This document shows positions 19,376 to 28,745 of a stretch of 64,000 nt of DNA, in pieces. The notes below the pieces were generated by a model that was given only the letters and a program-made list of their open reading frames with translations, was not told the origin of the DNA and did no database searches. This stretch comes from an uncultured Desulfarculus sp. (lineage in GTDB: Bacteria; Desulfobacterota; Desulfarculia; Desulfarculales; Desulfarculaceae). Position numbers and translations under genes: made by a program. The DNA lies in the NCBI GenBank assembly GCA_963665125.2, contig CAXXUK010000001.1:2272001-2336000 (forward strand). The letters are read 5' to 3'. How positions within the stretch are numbered: position 1 is the stretch's first letter; each line of letters begins with the position of its first letter.

Positions 19376-19409
19376 TATGCTGTAGGCGGACTTTAGCCGG
19401 GAGACCTCC

Positions 19410-19859
19410 ATGAAACGCGTAATGATCCTGATCGCCGCAATAGCCATGGCCCTGGCGGCCACGGCGGCCATGGCCGAGCAAAGCGTATACGTGCCCGCCT
19501 ATTCCCATATCTACTACGGCGACAAACCCTCGAAAATCCTGCTGACGACCACCTTGAGCATCCGCAACACCGACCCGGCCAAGAACCTGACGCTGCATAA
19601 GGTGGAGTACCGCAACGGTCAGGGCAAGCTACTGAAAAACTTCACCAAAGATCCCGTACTCATCCAGCCTTTCGCAGCGGTGCGCTTCGTGGTGCCGGAA
19701 AACGACACCGAAGGCGGCTCGGGGGCCAGCTTTATCGTCATCTGGAGCGCCGCGGGCAAGCTGAACAAGCCGGTGATTCAAGCCGTTATGATCGGGGCCA
19801 CGGCCAACCAGGGCATCAGCTTTATCTGCGACGCGGTGGCCATACCACAATTAAAGTAA
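19410..19859 (+). CDS. DUF3124 family exported protein
   Basis: VYVPAYSHIY, LSIRNTD, GGSGASFIVIW, QGISF. Confidence 0.88.
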   Translation: MKRVMILIAAIAMALAATAAMAEQSVYVPAYSHIYYGDKPSKILLTTTLSIRNTDPAKNLTLHKVEYRNGQGKLLKNFTKDPVLIQPFAAVRFVVPENDTEGGSGASFIVIWSAAGKLNKPVIQAVMIGATANQGISFICDAVAIPQLK

Positions 19860-19933
19860 ACCAAGCTCTTGACAGCAGTGAGACATACAGCCTATTAATA
19901 TTGAACGAACGCTCGGTTTCTAGAGGGCACATT

Positions 19934-20173
19934 ATGGTTCAATGGCTGATACAAACCAATGCCTCGGCATGCACGGGCTGCCTGCGTTGCGCCTTGGCCT
20001 GCTCGGAAAAAGACACCGGGATCTTCAACCCCTCCGCCGCCCACATCCGCATTGAAACCAATGAAATCGAAAACATCATCAGCTTTGACGAGGGCTGCAC
20101 CTTTTGCGGAGTCTGCGTGGAGCAGTGCCTCTACGGAGCCCTTAGCAAAACCCGCAGGGAGGCCGTGTTATGA
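19934..20173 (+). CDS. 2x[4Fe-4S] ferredoxin-like subunit
   Basis: CTGCLRCALAC and CTFCGVCVEQC. Confidence 0.9.
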   Translation: MVQWLIQTNASACTGCLRCALACSEKDTGIFNPSAAHIRIETNEIENIISFDEGCTFCGVCVEQCLYGALSKTRREAVL

Positions 20174-22017
20174 GCTTGGGCGGATTTGGCGGCAACATCC
20201 TCATGGCCGATCTGGCCGGCAAGCTTGACCGAAGGCCCTTGCCCCAGGACCTGGCCCGGCAATACATCGGCGGCCTGGGCCTTAGCATCAAGCTGGCGCA
20301 CACGGCCATCAAGCCGGGAACCCCGGCTCTTGCTCCGGAAGCAGCGGTGGTGCTGGGCGTGGGGCCCCTGGTGGGGACCAGCCTGCCAGCGGCCAGCCGG
20401 GTGTACGCCGTGGCCAAGCTTCCGGCGGGCGGGGCCATAGGCTGGTGCGGCGGCGGCGGAGTGAGCTTTGGCAGCCACTTCAAGAACTGCGGCCTGGATC
20501 ATATAGTCCTCACCGGCAGGGCCGACAGGCCCTCCATTCTGCGCCTGGAAGACGACCAGGCCCGGCTGGATGACGCGGCCGAATTCTCCGGCTTGGGCAT
20601 CGAACAGACCATTGAACTGGCTCGAAAAAAATACGGCCCCTGCGGGGTGTTGTGCATCGGCCCATCGGGGAAAAACCTGGTCGCCATGGCCATGGCCTCC
20701 ATCGACGGCATGGCCACCATCGGCCGGGGCGGACTGGGCGCGGTGCTGGGCTCCAAAAACCTCAAGGCCGTGGTGGCCACGGGCTCCCTGGGCGTATCGG
20801 TGGCCGACCGCAAGGCCTTCGGCAAGGTCAGCCGCGGGGTTTTCAAACAGATGCGCGACTATGCCTATCTCAAGCAATGGCAGGAGTTGGGCCTGCTCAA
20901 GTCCTTGCCCGTGGTGCCGCCGGAATATTATCTTTCCATAAAAAAACGCCGGGTTGCCTGCGTGTCCTGCCCCATCGGCGACAAGGACATCATCGAGATC
21001 CCCGACGGGCCCTACGCCGGTCTGCGGGTCTGCACTTCCTCGGCCGTCAACCTGTTCACGCCGACGATTTTCGGACTCAAGGACAAGGAGCAGGCCATCA
21101 AGCTGACCAGCATGTTGGACGACCTGGGCCTGGATCTATTCGAATTTTTCGCGGCCGTGGGTCTGGCCGCCCGCCTAGCCGCCCAAGGGGCCATCCCGCA
21201 GGACATGCTGCCCATGGCCATTGACAACACCGCCCTGGAATCCCTGGAATACTGGGCCGGAGCAATTGCCTTCAAACAGGGCCTAGGCACGGTCATGGCC
21301 GGGGGCATCGGCGGGCTGCTGGAAAAATACGGACCGCCCGCTGACGGCCAAGCGCCTCCGATGATCAAGGGTCTTTCACCGTATGTCGGGCCGGGCGCGG
21401 CCCTGCCCTGGGACCTGTTCGGCACCCAGGAGCTAGGCCAGGCCCTGGACCCGCGGGGGCCCCACGTTGGCGCCAGCGGCTCGCCCACATATTTTGCAAG
21501 GCGTCCCCTGGAGGTCTTTCCCAAGCATCTGAAGCGCATGGGCGTGCCCGACGAGGCCCTGGAGCGCATCCTGCCCGGCCTGGGCACGGAAAACGCCGGG
21601 CTCAAGGTCGGCGCGCTGCTCAAATACTCTCACCGCTGGTTCACGGTGCTCGGCTCTTTGGGCGTGTGCGCCAGGGCCCAGATCAACCGCTTTTACAATG
21701 CCGAGATCCTGGCCCAGGCCTACAGCGCGGCCACGGGCATTGAATCCAGCTTCGCGGAGCTGGGTCGCCGGGCCGACCGGGCCTGGACCGTATTGCGGCT
21801 GATGAACCTGGCCGAAGGCCAGGGCCGCCAGGCCGACATCCTGCCCGGCCAGTGGTTCGGCAAAGGCGGATTCCGGGACTATGTCACCGAGAAGCCCGCC
21901 CCCCAGGACCACTTTGAAACAATGGTCGATGATTATTACCAGGAGCAAGGGTGGGCACCGGACAGCGGCGCGCCCCTGCCCGAAACCCTGGCCTCCCTGG
22001 GCCTGGACAAGCTCTGA
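20170..22017 (+). CDS. Aldehyde:ferredoxin oxidoreductase (tungstopterin) family protein
   Basis: YIGGLG, CIGPSG, GRGGLGAVLGSKNLKAVV, DDLGLD, DDYYQEQGW...P.PETLASLGL. Confidence 0.92.
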   Translation: MSLGGFGGNILMADLAGKLDRRPLPQDLARQYIGGLGLSIKLAHTAIKPGTPALAPEAAVVLGVGPLVGTSLPAASRVYAVAKLPAGGAIGWCGGGGVSFGSHFKNCGLDHIVLTGRADRPSILRLEDDQARLDDAAEFSGLGIEQTIELARKKYGPCGVLCIGPSGKNLVAMAMASIDGMATIGRGGLGAVLGSKNLKAVVATGSLGVSVADRKAFGKVSRGVFKQMRDYAYLKQWQELGLLKSLPVVPPEYYLSIKKRRVACVSCPIGDKDIIEIPDGPYAGLRVCTSSAVNLFTPTIFGLKDKEQAIKLTSMLDDLGLDLFEFFAAVGLAARLAAQGAIPQDMLPMAIDNTALESLEYWAGAIAFKQGLGTVMAGGIGGLLEKYGPPADGQAPPMIKGLSPYVGPGAALPWDLFGTQELGQALDPRGPHVGASGSPTYFARRPLEVFPKHLKRMGVPDEALERILPGLGTENAGLKVGALLKYSHRWFTVLGSLGVCARAQINRFYNAEILAQAYSAATGIESSFAELGRRADRAWTVLRLMNLAEGQGRQADILPGQWFGKGGFRDYVTEKPAPQDHFETMVDDYYQEQGWAPDSGAPLPETLASLGLDKL

Positions 22018-22043
22018 TTCATAATCCGAAGGGGGTTTTATCT

Positions 22044-22700
22044 ATGAAAGAAGAGATGGTTTGTAGTTACTGCGCCAAAAAGAAATGCTTTTTCGGTGAT
22101 TTCAGCACCGCCCCGCCGGGCTGCCCCACCCTGAACAACACCGAGGAACTCGAGGCGGCCAAGCAAAAGCTGGCCCAACCGGACAACAAGGCAATGGCCC
22201 AAAACGTGGCCAAAACCTGGAAAGACTACGGAAAGCTGACCAGGGTCGAGGAGACGGTGCTCTACGCCAAGCTTCAAGGGGCTCAAAAGTTGGGCCTGGC
22301 CTTTTGCGTGGGCCTGGGCGAGGAGGCGGAAAAATTCACCAACATCCTGCTCAACGCGGGTTTCGACGTGGTCAGCGCCTGCTGCATGTACGGCGGGCTC
22401 AGCGCCGAGGACGTAGACCTGGCCGACGAAGACAAGATCATGCCGGGCATGCGTCAGCCCATGTGCAACCCCATCGGCCAGGCCGAGTTGATGAACCACG
22501 CCAAAACCGACTTGAACATCGTACTGGGGCTGTGCGTGGGCGACGACACTCTGTTCATAAAACACTCCGAGGCGCCGGTCACCGTGCTGGCCGTCAAGGA
22601 CCGCGTGTTGGCCCACAATCCCCTGGGCGCGCTATATACGTCCAGAAGCATCTACACCAGGCTCAATACCCGTAGACCCAAGAAGACGGATGAAAAATAA
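22044..22700 (+). CDS. DUF1847 family metal-binding protein
   Basis: TRVEE, LGLAFCVGL, MCNPIGQA, GLCVGDD, VKDRVLAHNP. Confidence 0.88.
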   Translation: MKEEMVCSYCAKKKCFFGDFSTAPPGCPTLNNTEELEAAKQKLAQPDNKAMAQNVAKTWKDYGKLTRVEETVLYAKLQGAQKLGLAFCVGLGEEAEKFTNILLNAGFDVVSACCMYGGLSAEDVDLADEDKIMPGMRQPMCNPIGQAELMNHAKTDLNIVLGLCVGDDTLFIKHSEAPVTVLAVKDRVLAHNPLGALYTSRSIYTRLNTRRPKKTDEK

Positions 22701-22713
22701 AGGAGCGACTTAA

Positions 22714-23124
22714 ATGGCTAAAATCAATGCGGACGTGAAGGACCTGTTCAACAAGGTCAAGACGGTGATGCTGGCCACGGCCGACGCCGACGGCATGCCC
22801 AACGCGGTGCCCATGGGCGCAAAAACGATCATTGACGATGAAACTATCCTGCTGGGCGACCAGTTCTTCAACAAGACCCTGGCCAACCTGAAGGCCAATC
22901 CCCAGGCATCCATCAGCTTCTGGGAAGGCATGACCGGATACCAGATCAAGGGCAAGGTGGAGGTGACCAACGAGGGTCCGTTGTTCGAAACCATGGCCGC
23001 GTTCGTGGCCGCCGAGGGTAAAAAGCTGGGCCTGCCCCTGAAGACCAAGAACGTCGCCCTGCTCAAGGTCGAGGCCGTTTACAACACCACGCCCGGCCCC
23101 AAGGCCGGCACACTGGTGGAGTAG
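22714..23124 (+). CDS. Pyridoxamine 5'-phosphate oxidase-like FMN-binding split-barrel protein
   Basis: LATADADGMPN, FFNKTLANLKANP, GYQIKG, TPGPKAG. Confidence 0.88.
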   Translation: MAKINADVKDLFNKVKTVMLATADADGMPNAVPMGAKTIIDDETILLGDQFFNKTLANLKANPQASISFWEGMTGYQIKGKVEVTNEGPLFETMAAFVAAEGKKLGLPLKTKNVALLKVEAVYNTTPGPKAGTLVE

Positions 23125-23131
23125 GCCCCTG

Positions 23132-23869
23132 ATGCAGGAAAAAGTCCGGGCCGCCGTTATGGCGGCCCTGCTATTTACCATCATCTGCGCGCCGGCCGCC
23201 GGGGCCGACCGGTTGATGAGCCGCAGCGACGCCGAGGTCCTGCTCAGCCGGATGCAACAGGCCTACGAGAACGTGCGCGACTACACCGCCGTGTTCCATA
23301 AAAAGTGCGTTCTTCCCGATGACGACTGCCCCGACGAAAAGGCCTTCATGAAGTTTCAAAAGCCCTTTGCCCTGTACATGAAGTGGCAGGGTCCGGCCCA
23401 TGAGGACCAGGAAATGATCTACGTCCAGGGGCTCAACGGCGGCCAAATCATGGGGCATCCCGGATCGTTCCCGGATGTGACCCTGAGTCTGGCACCTGAC
23501 TCCGGCTTGGTAATGCACTGCAACCGCCGTACTGTGACCCAGTCGGGCATCGGCAATATGATCGCTATCACCGAGACCATCCTGGAGGCCTATCCCCGGG
23601 CCGTTTTGCGCGATGAAGGCAATATCGACGTATACGGCGTCAACTGCCGTTGTTTTTCCATCCAACGCAGCGCACCGGGTAAAAATCCTGACGATTGCTG
23701 GGTCAAGGCCCGGCTATGCGCCAGCGATGAAGACCTGTTGCCCCGCCGGGCCACGTTTTGGGATGGAAACGGCACAGTCATAGAGGATTACGGATATTCC
23801 GACGTCAAGTTCAATATTGGATTGACGGATATCGACTTTGATCCAGACAACCCTGAATATGATTTTTAG
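23132..23869 (+). CDS. DUF1571 / LolA-fold exported protein
   Basis: Signal peptide, VRDYTAVF, KFQKPFALYMKW, EDYGYSDVKFNIGLTDIDFDPDNPEYDF. Confidence 0.8.
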   Translation: MQEKVRAAVMAALLFTIICAPAAGADRLMSRSDAEVLLSRMQQAYENVRDYTAVFHKKCVLPDDDCPDEKAFMKFQKPFALYMKWQGPAHEDQEMIYVQGLNGGQIMGHPGSFPDVTLSLAPDSGLVMHCNRRTVTQSGIGNMIAITETILEAYPRAVLRDEGNIDVYGVNCRCFSIQRSAPGKNPDDCWVKARLCASDEDLLPRRATFWDGNGTVIEDYGYSDVKFNIGLTDIDFDPDNPEYDF

Positions 23870-23889
23870 CAACCCTTTGGAGGATCATC

Positions 23890-26127
23890 ATGAGCGCGCA
23901 AGAAAGCACCCGCGTGGTTTATAAGACATGCCCCCTGTGCGAGGCCACCTGCGGCCTGGAGATAACCCTAAAAGGCGACGAGGTCGTCAAGGTCCGGGGG
24001 GACAAGGACGATGTATTCTCCAAGGGTTATTTCTGTCCCAAGGGCGCATCCATCCACCTTTTGCACAACGACCCGGACCGGCTGCGCACCCCCCTGGTGC
24101 GCAAAAACGGCAACCTGGAGCCGGCCACTTGGCCAGAGGCCTTCGCGGCCGTGGAAAAGGGTCTGCTGCCCATTATGGAGGCCCATGGCCGGGACGCCGT
24201 GGGCGTGTATTTGGGCAACCCCAACGCCCACACCCTGGCGGGCAACATGTTCATGAAGCCCATGCTCAAGGCTCTGGGCAGCAGCAATATCTTCACGGCC
24301 AGCACGGTGGACCAGATCACCAAGCATGTCTCCTGTGGACTGATGTTCGGCGGGCCGGTGACCGTGCCCATACCGGACATCGAACGTACGGACTATTTGC
24401 TCATCCTGGGGGCCAACCCCTTTGAATCCAACGGCAGCGTCTGCACCGCGCCGGGCTTCCCCGAAAGGCTAAGGGAACTCAGAAAGCGCGGGGCCAAGCT
24501 GGTGGTGGTGGACCCAAGAAAGACCCGCACGGCCGAAGCCGCCGACGAGCACATACATATCCGGCCCGGCGGCGACGCGCCCTGGCTCATGGCCATAGCC
24601 AACGAACTATTCGAGCGGGGGCTTACCGATCCGGGCCACCTTGCCGGCCATATCAACGGCCTGGACGAATTCAAGGAGCTGGTCAAGCCGTTCACACCGG
24701 AGAGGGTGGCGGATTGGTGCGGCATTGATCCGGCCACCACCAGACGCATTGCCGCCGAACTGGCCGGGGCTCCCACATCGGCCATATACGGCCGCATGGG
24801 TACCAGCACCCAGGTGTTCGGCGCGGCGGCCACCTGGCTGGTGGATGTGATCAACATCCTTACCGGCCACTTTGACCGGCCCGGCGGCAACATGTTCCCC
24901 AGCCCGGCCCATTTGCCGCCCAAGCTCAAGGCAGGCGGCAGAGGATGGGGCATGTACCGATGGGCCAGCCAAGCCACCGGCGCACGGGAAGTCCTGGGTG
25001 AATTCCCCGTTTCGACCATGGCCGCCAGCATCGAGGCCGACGGCCCCGGTGCGGTCAAGGCCCTGATCACCTGCGCCGGCAACCCGTCCCTGACCTGCCC
25101 CAACTCCAACCGCCTGGACAAGGCCATCGCCTCGCTGGATTTCCTGGTCTGCATTGATTTTTACCTCAACGAGACGGCCCGTCACGCCGACGTCGTGCTG
25201 CCTCCCACGGGGCCGCTGTCCACCAGCCACTATGACCTGGTGTTCTACACCTTTGCCGTGCACAACGTGGCCAATTATTCAGCGCCGGTGATCCCCAAGG
25301 CCGCCGATGAGATGGACAAATGGGAGATCTTGCTGAAGATGGCCCTGGTCCTGGGCGGCCAGGGAGCCGACGCCGACCCATTGGCCCTGGAGGAAATGAT
25401 CATCCGGGGCGCCCTGCAAAAAGCCGTTTCAGCCAAGGGCTCCCCCCTGGCCGGCAAAACCGTGGACGAACTATTGGGCCAATTGAACGGCGGACCGGGC
25501 CAGGACCGGCTGCTGGACCTGATGCTGCGCACGGGCTCCCACGGCGACTGGTTCGGCCTCAACCCCGGCGGCATGAGCCTTGCCCAACTCATCGACAATC
25601 CCCACGGCATTGACCTGGGCAATCTGCAACCCAGGGTGCCGGAAGTGCTGCTGACTCCCTCGGCCAAGATAGAGCTGGCCCCGGAGCAGCTGGCCGCCGA
25701 CACCCGGCGCATGCTGGAGCATCTGGACAAGGCCCTTCCGCCCATGGTGCTAATCGGCAGGCGGCACCTGCGCTCCAACAACAGCTGGATGCACAACATA
25801 GAACCGCTGATTAACGGACCCGACCGCTGCACCCTGCAAGTGCACCCCGACGACGCCCGGCGCCTTGGCTTGAGCCACGGCGGCAGTGCCGAAATATCAT
25901 CCAGGGTCGGCAGCATCAATCTGCCGGTGGAGGTAAGCGATTCGCTGATGCCCGGCGTGGTCTGCGCGCCCCACGGCTGGGGCCACGACATCCCCGGAGC
26001 GCGGCTTGGCGTGGCGGCGACCAAGCCCGGCGTGAACACCAATGTCCTTACCGACGATGAAATGCTCGATACCGTTTCGGGCAACTGCGTCTTGAACGGC
26101 ATCCCGGTGGCCGTGGGCCCGGCCTGA
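23890..26127 (+). CDS. Molybdopterin (Mo/W-bisPGD) oxidoreductase
   Basis: CPLCEATC...CPKG Fe-S motif, PDRLRTP, VVDPR, RHLRSNNSWMHN; no Tat signal. Confidence 0.93.
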   Translation: MSAQESTRVVYKTCPLCEATCGLEITLKGDEVVKVRGDKDDVFSKGYFCPKGASIHLLHNDPDRLRTPLVRKNGNLEPATWPEAFAAVEKGLLPIMEAHGRDAVGVYLGNPNAHTLAGNMFMKPMLKALGSSNIFTASTVDQITKHVSCGLMFGGPVTVPIPDIERTDYLLILGANPFESNGSVCTAPGFPERLRELRKRGAKLVVVDPRKTRTAEAADEHIHIRPGGDAPWLMAIANELFERGLTDPGHLAGHINGLDEFKELVKPFTPERVADWCGIDPATTRRIAAELAGAPTSAIYGRMGTSTQVFGAAATWLVDVINILTGHFDRPGGNMFPSPAHLPPKLKAGGRGWGMYRWASQATGAREVLGEFPVSTMAASIEADGPGAVKALITCAGNPSLTCPNSNRLDKAIASLDFLVCIDFYLNETARHADVVLPPTGPLSTSHYDLVFYTFAVHNVANYSAPVIPKAADEMDKWEILLKMALVLGGQGADADPLALEEMIIRGALQKAVSAKGSPLAGKTVDELLGQLNGGPGQDRLLDLMLRTGSHGDWFGLNPGGMSLAQLIDNPHGIDLGNLQPRVPEVLLTPSAKIELAPEQLAADTRRMLEHLDKALPPMVLIGRRHLRSNNSWMHNIEPLINGPDRCTLQVHPDDARRLGLSHGGSAEISSRVGSINLPVEVSDSLMPGVVCAPHGWGHDIPGARLGVAATKPGVNTNVLTDDEMLDTVSGNCVLNGIPVAVGPA

Positions 26128-26136
26128 TCTTGGGGC

Positions 26137-26169
26137 AAAAAAATGCCCGGCAGGGGGCTGCCGGGCATT
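26137..26169 (-). terminator. Rho-independent terminator (U-tract on minus strand)
   Basis: AATGCCCGGCAG-GGGG-CTGCCGGGCATT perfect 12-bp stem preceded by an A7 tract on +. Confidence 0.85.
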
Positions 26170-26220
26170 GACCTATGCGGTCTGCGCCGCTCCAGGGGGG
26201 CAGGCGTCCTGAAGCGGTGC
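26137..26220 (-). ncRNA. Candidate small RNA (~85 nt, three hairpins)
   Basis: Upstream TGGCTA-N17-TAATAT, 13-bp stem with C-rich loop, small hairpin, terminator. Confidence 0.35.
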
Positions 26221-26281
26221 TTATTTAATATTACACCCGTGGAAATATTTTAGCCACATTAATTCCTAGTGAACTACATGA

Positions 26282-26974
26282 CTATTGCCCCGCCGCCGCT
26301 TCGGCCGCCTCTTTGGCCACCTTGGCAGCGTTCGCCGCTTTCTCCTGCTGGGTCAGCAGGGTGCTTATCTGGGCGGCCTTTTCAGGCTTTAGGCTGGCCA
26401 TGACCTTGCCCGCGGTGCGGCTCTGCATGCGCCGAAAGACCTCCACGGCCATGTTGATCTCCAGTTTGGAGATAACCTCGGCCGCTGGTTCGGGCCGCAT
26501 GTTGCTAAGCACCTTCACCAGTTGGGTGATACGTTCCTGACGCTGCTGGTTCTGCTTGTCTATCATGTCATCCAGGGCGGCCTGGACCTTTTTGAGCTGT
26601 TCGATGCGGTTGTTGACGTCCTTGCGCAGGCTTTCAAGTTCCTGGCGTTCCCGCTGGATGCGTTCTTCCTCAAGGGCCAGGCTCTGCTGCTTTTTTTCCA
26701 GCAACTCGATGAGCCGGGGGTCGTATTTGGCGGCCTGGCTGGGTGGTTCCTCCTGGGCTTCGCCCTCCTTGGCTTCTCCTTGTTTGGCTTCGCCTTCCTT
26801 GGCCTCGCCCTCTTCGGCCTTGGCGGCCTCTTCGGTTTTTTCCGCCTCTTGGGCGGCCACCACTGCCGGCCCATACGAAAGTTCCGGCCCGGATATGACA
26901 ACAGCCAAAAGCAAGGCAACCACCTTGAGAATCAACCCCACGGTCAGGATTCGCTCCATCATTTTGAGTTTCAT
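26282..26974 (-). CDS. MotE / MgtE-N-like flagellar protein
   Basis: TM anchor, coiled coil, SNMRPEPAA...RMQSRTAGKVMASLKPEKAA; follows fliJ. Confidence 0.85.
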   Translation of the reverse strand: MKLKMMERILTVGLILKVVALLLAVVISGPELSYGPAVVAAQEAEKTEEAAKAEEGEAKEGEAKQGEAKEGEAQEEPPSQAAKYDPRLIELLEKKQQSLALEEERIQRERQELESLRKDVNNRIEQLKKVQAALDDMIDKQNQQRQERITQLVKVLSNMRPEPAAEVISKLEINMAVEVFRRMQSRTAGKVMASLKPEKAAQISTLLTQQEKAANAAKVAKEAAEAAAGQ

Positions 26975-27417
26975 TGGCTGTTCTTCCTTGAGTAGTTTCT
27001 CACCGCCACTTCGTCCAGGGCAATCTGCTCCAGGCGGCGCTCATTGTCCAGATATTCGCGGAGGTGCCGTTCGCGCAACACATCCAGGGCCTTGCGGTCC
27101 CTGGTGGCAATGACCAGCTTTCCCCTTGCCAGTTCGGTCTCGGCGTTGAGCAGGCCCAGACGGGATGCCTGGCGCATCTGCTGAATTCGCAGGGTCGTGG
27201 CATAGTCTCCGGCCAGGGCGTATTCATGGGCGGGCATGCCCTTGGCGCTACGCTGGGCCAACTGCTCCCGGCGCGTGGTGACTTCCTCGGATATCCACTC
27301 CAGTTGTTTGAGGCAGTCGTGTTCGGCCTTCATCCGCTTGGCCAGCTCGGCTTGGGCCAGCTCTTCCTTGTGCCTGCGGTGTTCCAACACTGATTGCAAT
27401 CTGAAGCGAAAGGCCAT
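26971..27417 (-). CDS. fliJ: Flagellar export protein FliJ
   Basis: FRFRLQSVLEHR...EQIALDE; follows fliI. Confidence 0.9.
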   Translation of the reverse strand: MAFRFRLQSVLEHRRHKEELAQAELAKRMKAEHDCLKQLEWISEEVTTRREQLAQRSAKGMPAHEYALAGDYATTLRIQQMRQASRLGLLNAETELARGKLVIATRDRKALDVLRERHLREYLDNERRLEQIALDEVAVRNYSRKNSQ

Positions 27418-27428
27418 GACAAAATCCG

Positions 27429-28745
27429 TTATTGCATCAAACGCACCAGTTGGGACCGGCTGGACTTGATATCCACGCCCTGCTCAACCGGCTGGGTCAG
27501 AAATTCCTTGATTTTACTCATCATGCCGATGGCCTTGTCAATGGTCGGGTTGGTGCCCTCGGCATATGCCCCGATATTGATCAGGTCCTCATTGCGGCGG
27601 TAGGCCGCCAACAGCTCATTGAGCTTGCGGGAGGCGGCGGTGACGTCCACCGGGTTGATGTCCTTGGCCAGACGGCTGATGGACCCCAGCAACTCCACTG
27701 CCGGGTAATGGCCCTGGTCGGCCAATGATCGCGTCAGCACCACGTGGCCGTCAAGGATCGAACGCATGGCGTCGGCCACCGGCTCGGTGACGTCGTCGCC
27801 CTCCACCAATACGGTGTAGATCCCGGTGATGGAACCGCCTTCCTCAATGGTCCCGGCCCGCTCCAGCAACCGGGGAAGCTGGGCGAATACGCTGGGCGTG
27901 TAGCCTTTGGTCGTGGGCGGTTCGCCGATGCTCAGGCCAACCTCGCGCCCGGCCAGGGCAAAACGGGTCACCGAGTCCATCATCAGGATCACGTCCCGGC
28001 CCACGTCCCGGAAATATTCGGCAATGCTGGTGGCCAAATAGGCGGCGCGCATGCGCACCAGGGCCGGCTGGTCGCTGGTGGCCACCACCACCACGCTGCG
28101 GGCCAAGCCCTCGGGGCCCAGGTCGCGCTCTATGAATTCCCGCAATTCGCGGCCGCGCTCACCCACCAGGGCGATGACGCTGACATCTGCGGCCGTGTGC
28201 CGGGCGATCATGCTCATGAGTGTGGATTTACCCACGCCGGAACCGGCGAAGATGCCGATGCGCTGGCCCTTGCCCAGGGTCAGCATGGAGTTGATGACCC
28301 GCACGCCCACGTCGACCGGCTCCTTGATGCGCGGCCGGGCCATTGCCGACGGCGCCTGGCGGTAAAGCGGGTAAAGGGTTTCCCAATCGGGAGCCGGGCC
28401 GGAATCCACCGGATTTCCCAGGCCGTCCAGAACCCGGCCCAGCAGGGCGGGTCCCACCCGGACCTGGCTCTCGCTGCCGGCCGGGGAGACCAGACAGCCA
28501 GGCTTTAGTCCGCGCATGTCGGCGTAAGGCATGACCTGCATGCCCCGGGCATTGAAGCCCACAACCTCGCCCAACACTGCCTGGCCGTTGACGTGCACCT
28601 TGACGCCGGCGCCCACCGGCAGTTCCAGGCCCTGGCACTCGGCCACCAGGCCCACCACCTGGCTGATGCGGCCCATGGCGGTCATGGGGTTGCATTGCTG
28701 CAAATCCTGTTGGTAACGATCCAGCAGACCAGAGTCCATCACCAC
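27429..28745 (-). CDS. fliI: Flagellar export ATPase
   Basis: GIFAGSGVGKS, GERGRE, DSVTRFA, GEPPTTKGY. Confidence 0.97.
   Translation of the reverse strand: MVMDSGLLDRYQQDLQQCNPMTAMGRISQVVGLVAECQGLELPVGAGVKVHVNGQAVLGEVVGFNARGMQVMPYADMRGLKPGCLVSPAGSESQVRVGPALLGRVLDGLGNPVDSGPAPDWETLYPLYRQAPSAMARPRIKEPVDVGVRVINSMLTLGKGQRIGIFAGSGVGKSTLMSMIARHTAADVSVIALVGERGRELREFIERDLGPEGLARSVVVVATSDQPALVRMRAAYLATSIAEYFRDVGRDVILMMDSVTRFALAGREVGLSIGEPPTTKGYTPSVFAQLPRLLERAGTIEEGGSITGIYTVLVEGDDVTEPVADAMRSILDGHVVLTRSLADQGHYPAVELLGSISRLAKDINPVDVTAASRKLNELLAAYRRNEDLINIGAYAEGTNPTIDKAIGMMSKIKEFLTQPVEQGVDIKSSRSQLVRLMQ

Noticed and set aside
23890..26127. Selenocysteine or recoding in the Mo/W enzymes
   Set aside because: Both this ORF and the AOR are continuous with no in-frame TGA.
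26755..26815. 15-nt periodic repeat
   Set aside because: It encodes an EAKEG-type low-complexity linker in the MotE-like protein. It is not a CRISPR array or mobile repeat.
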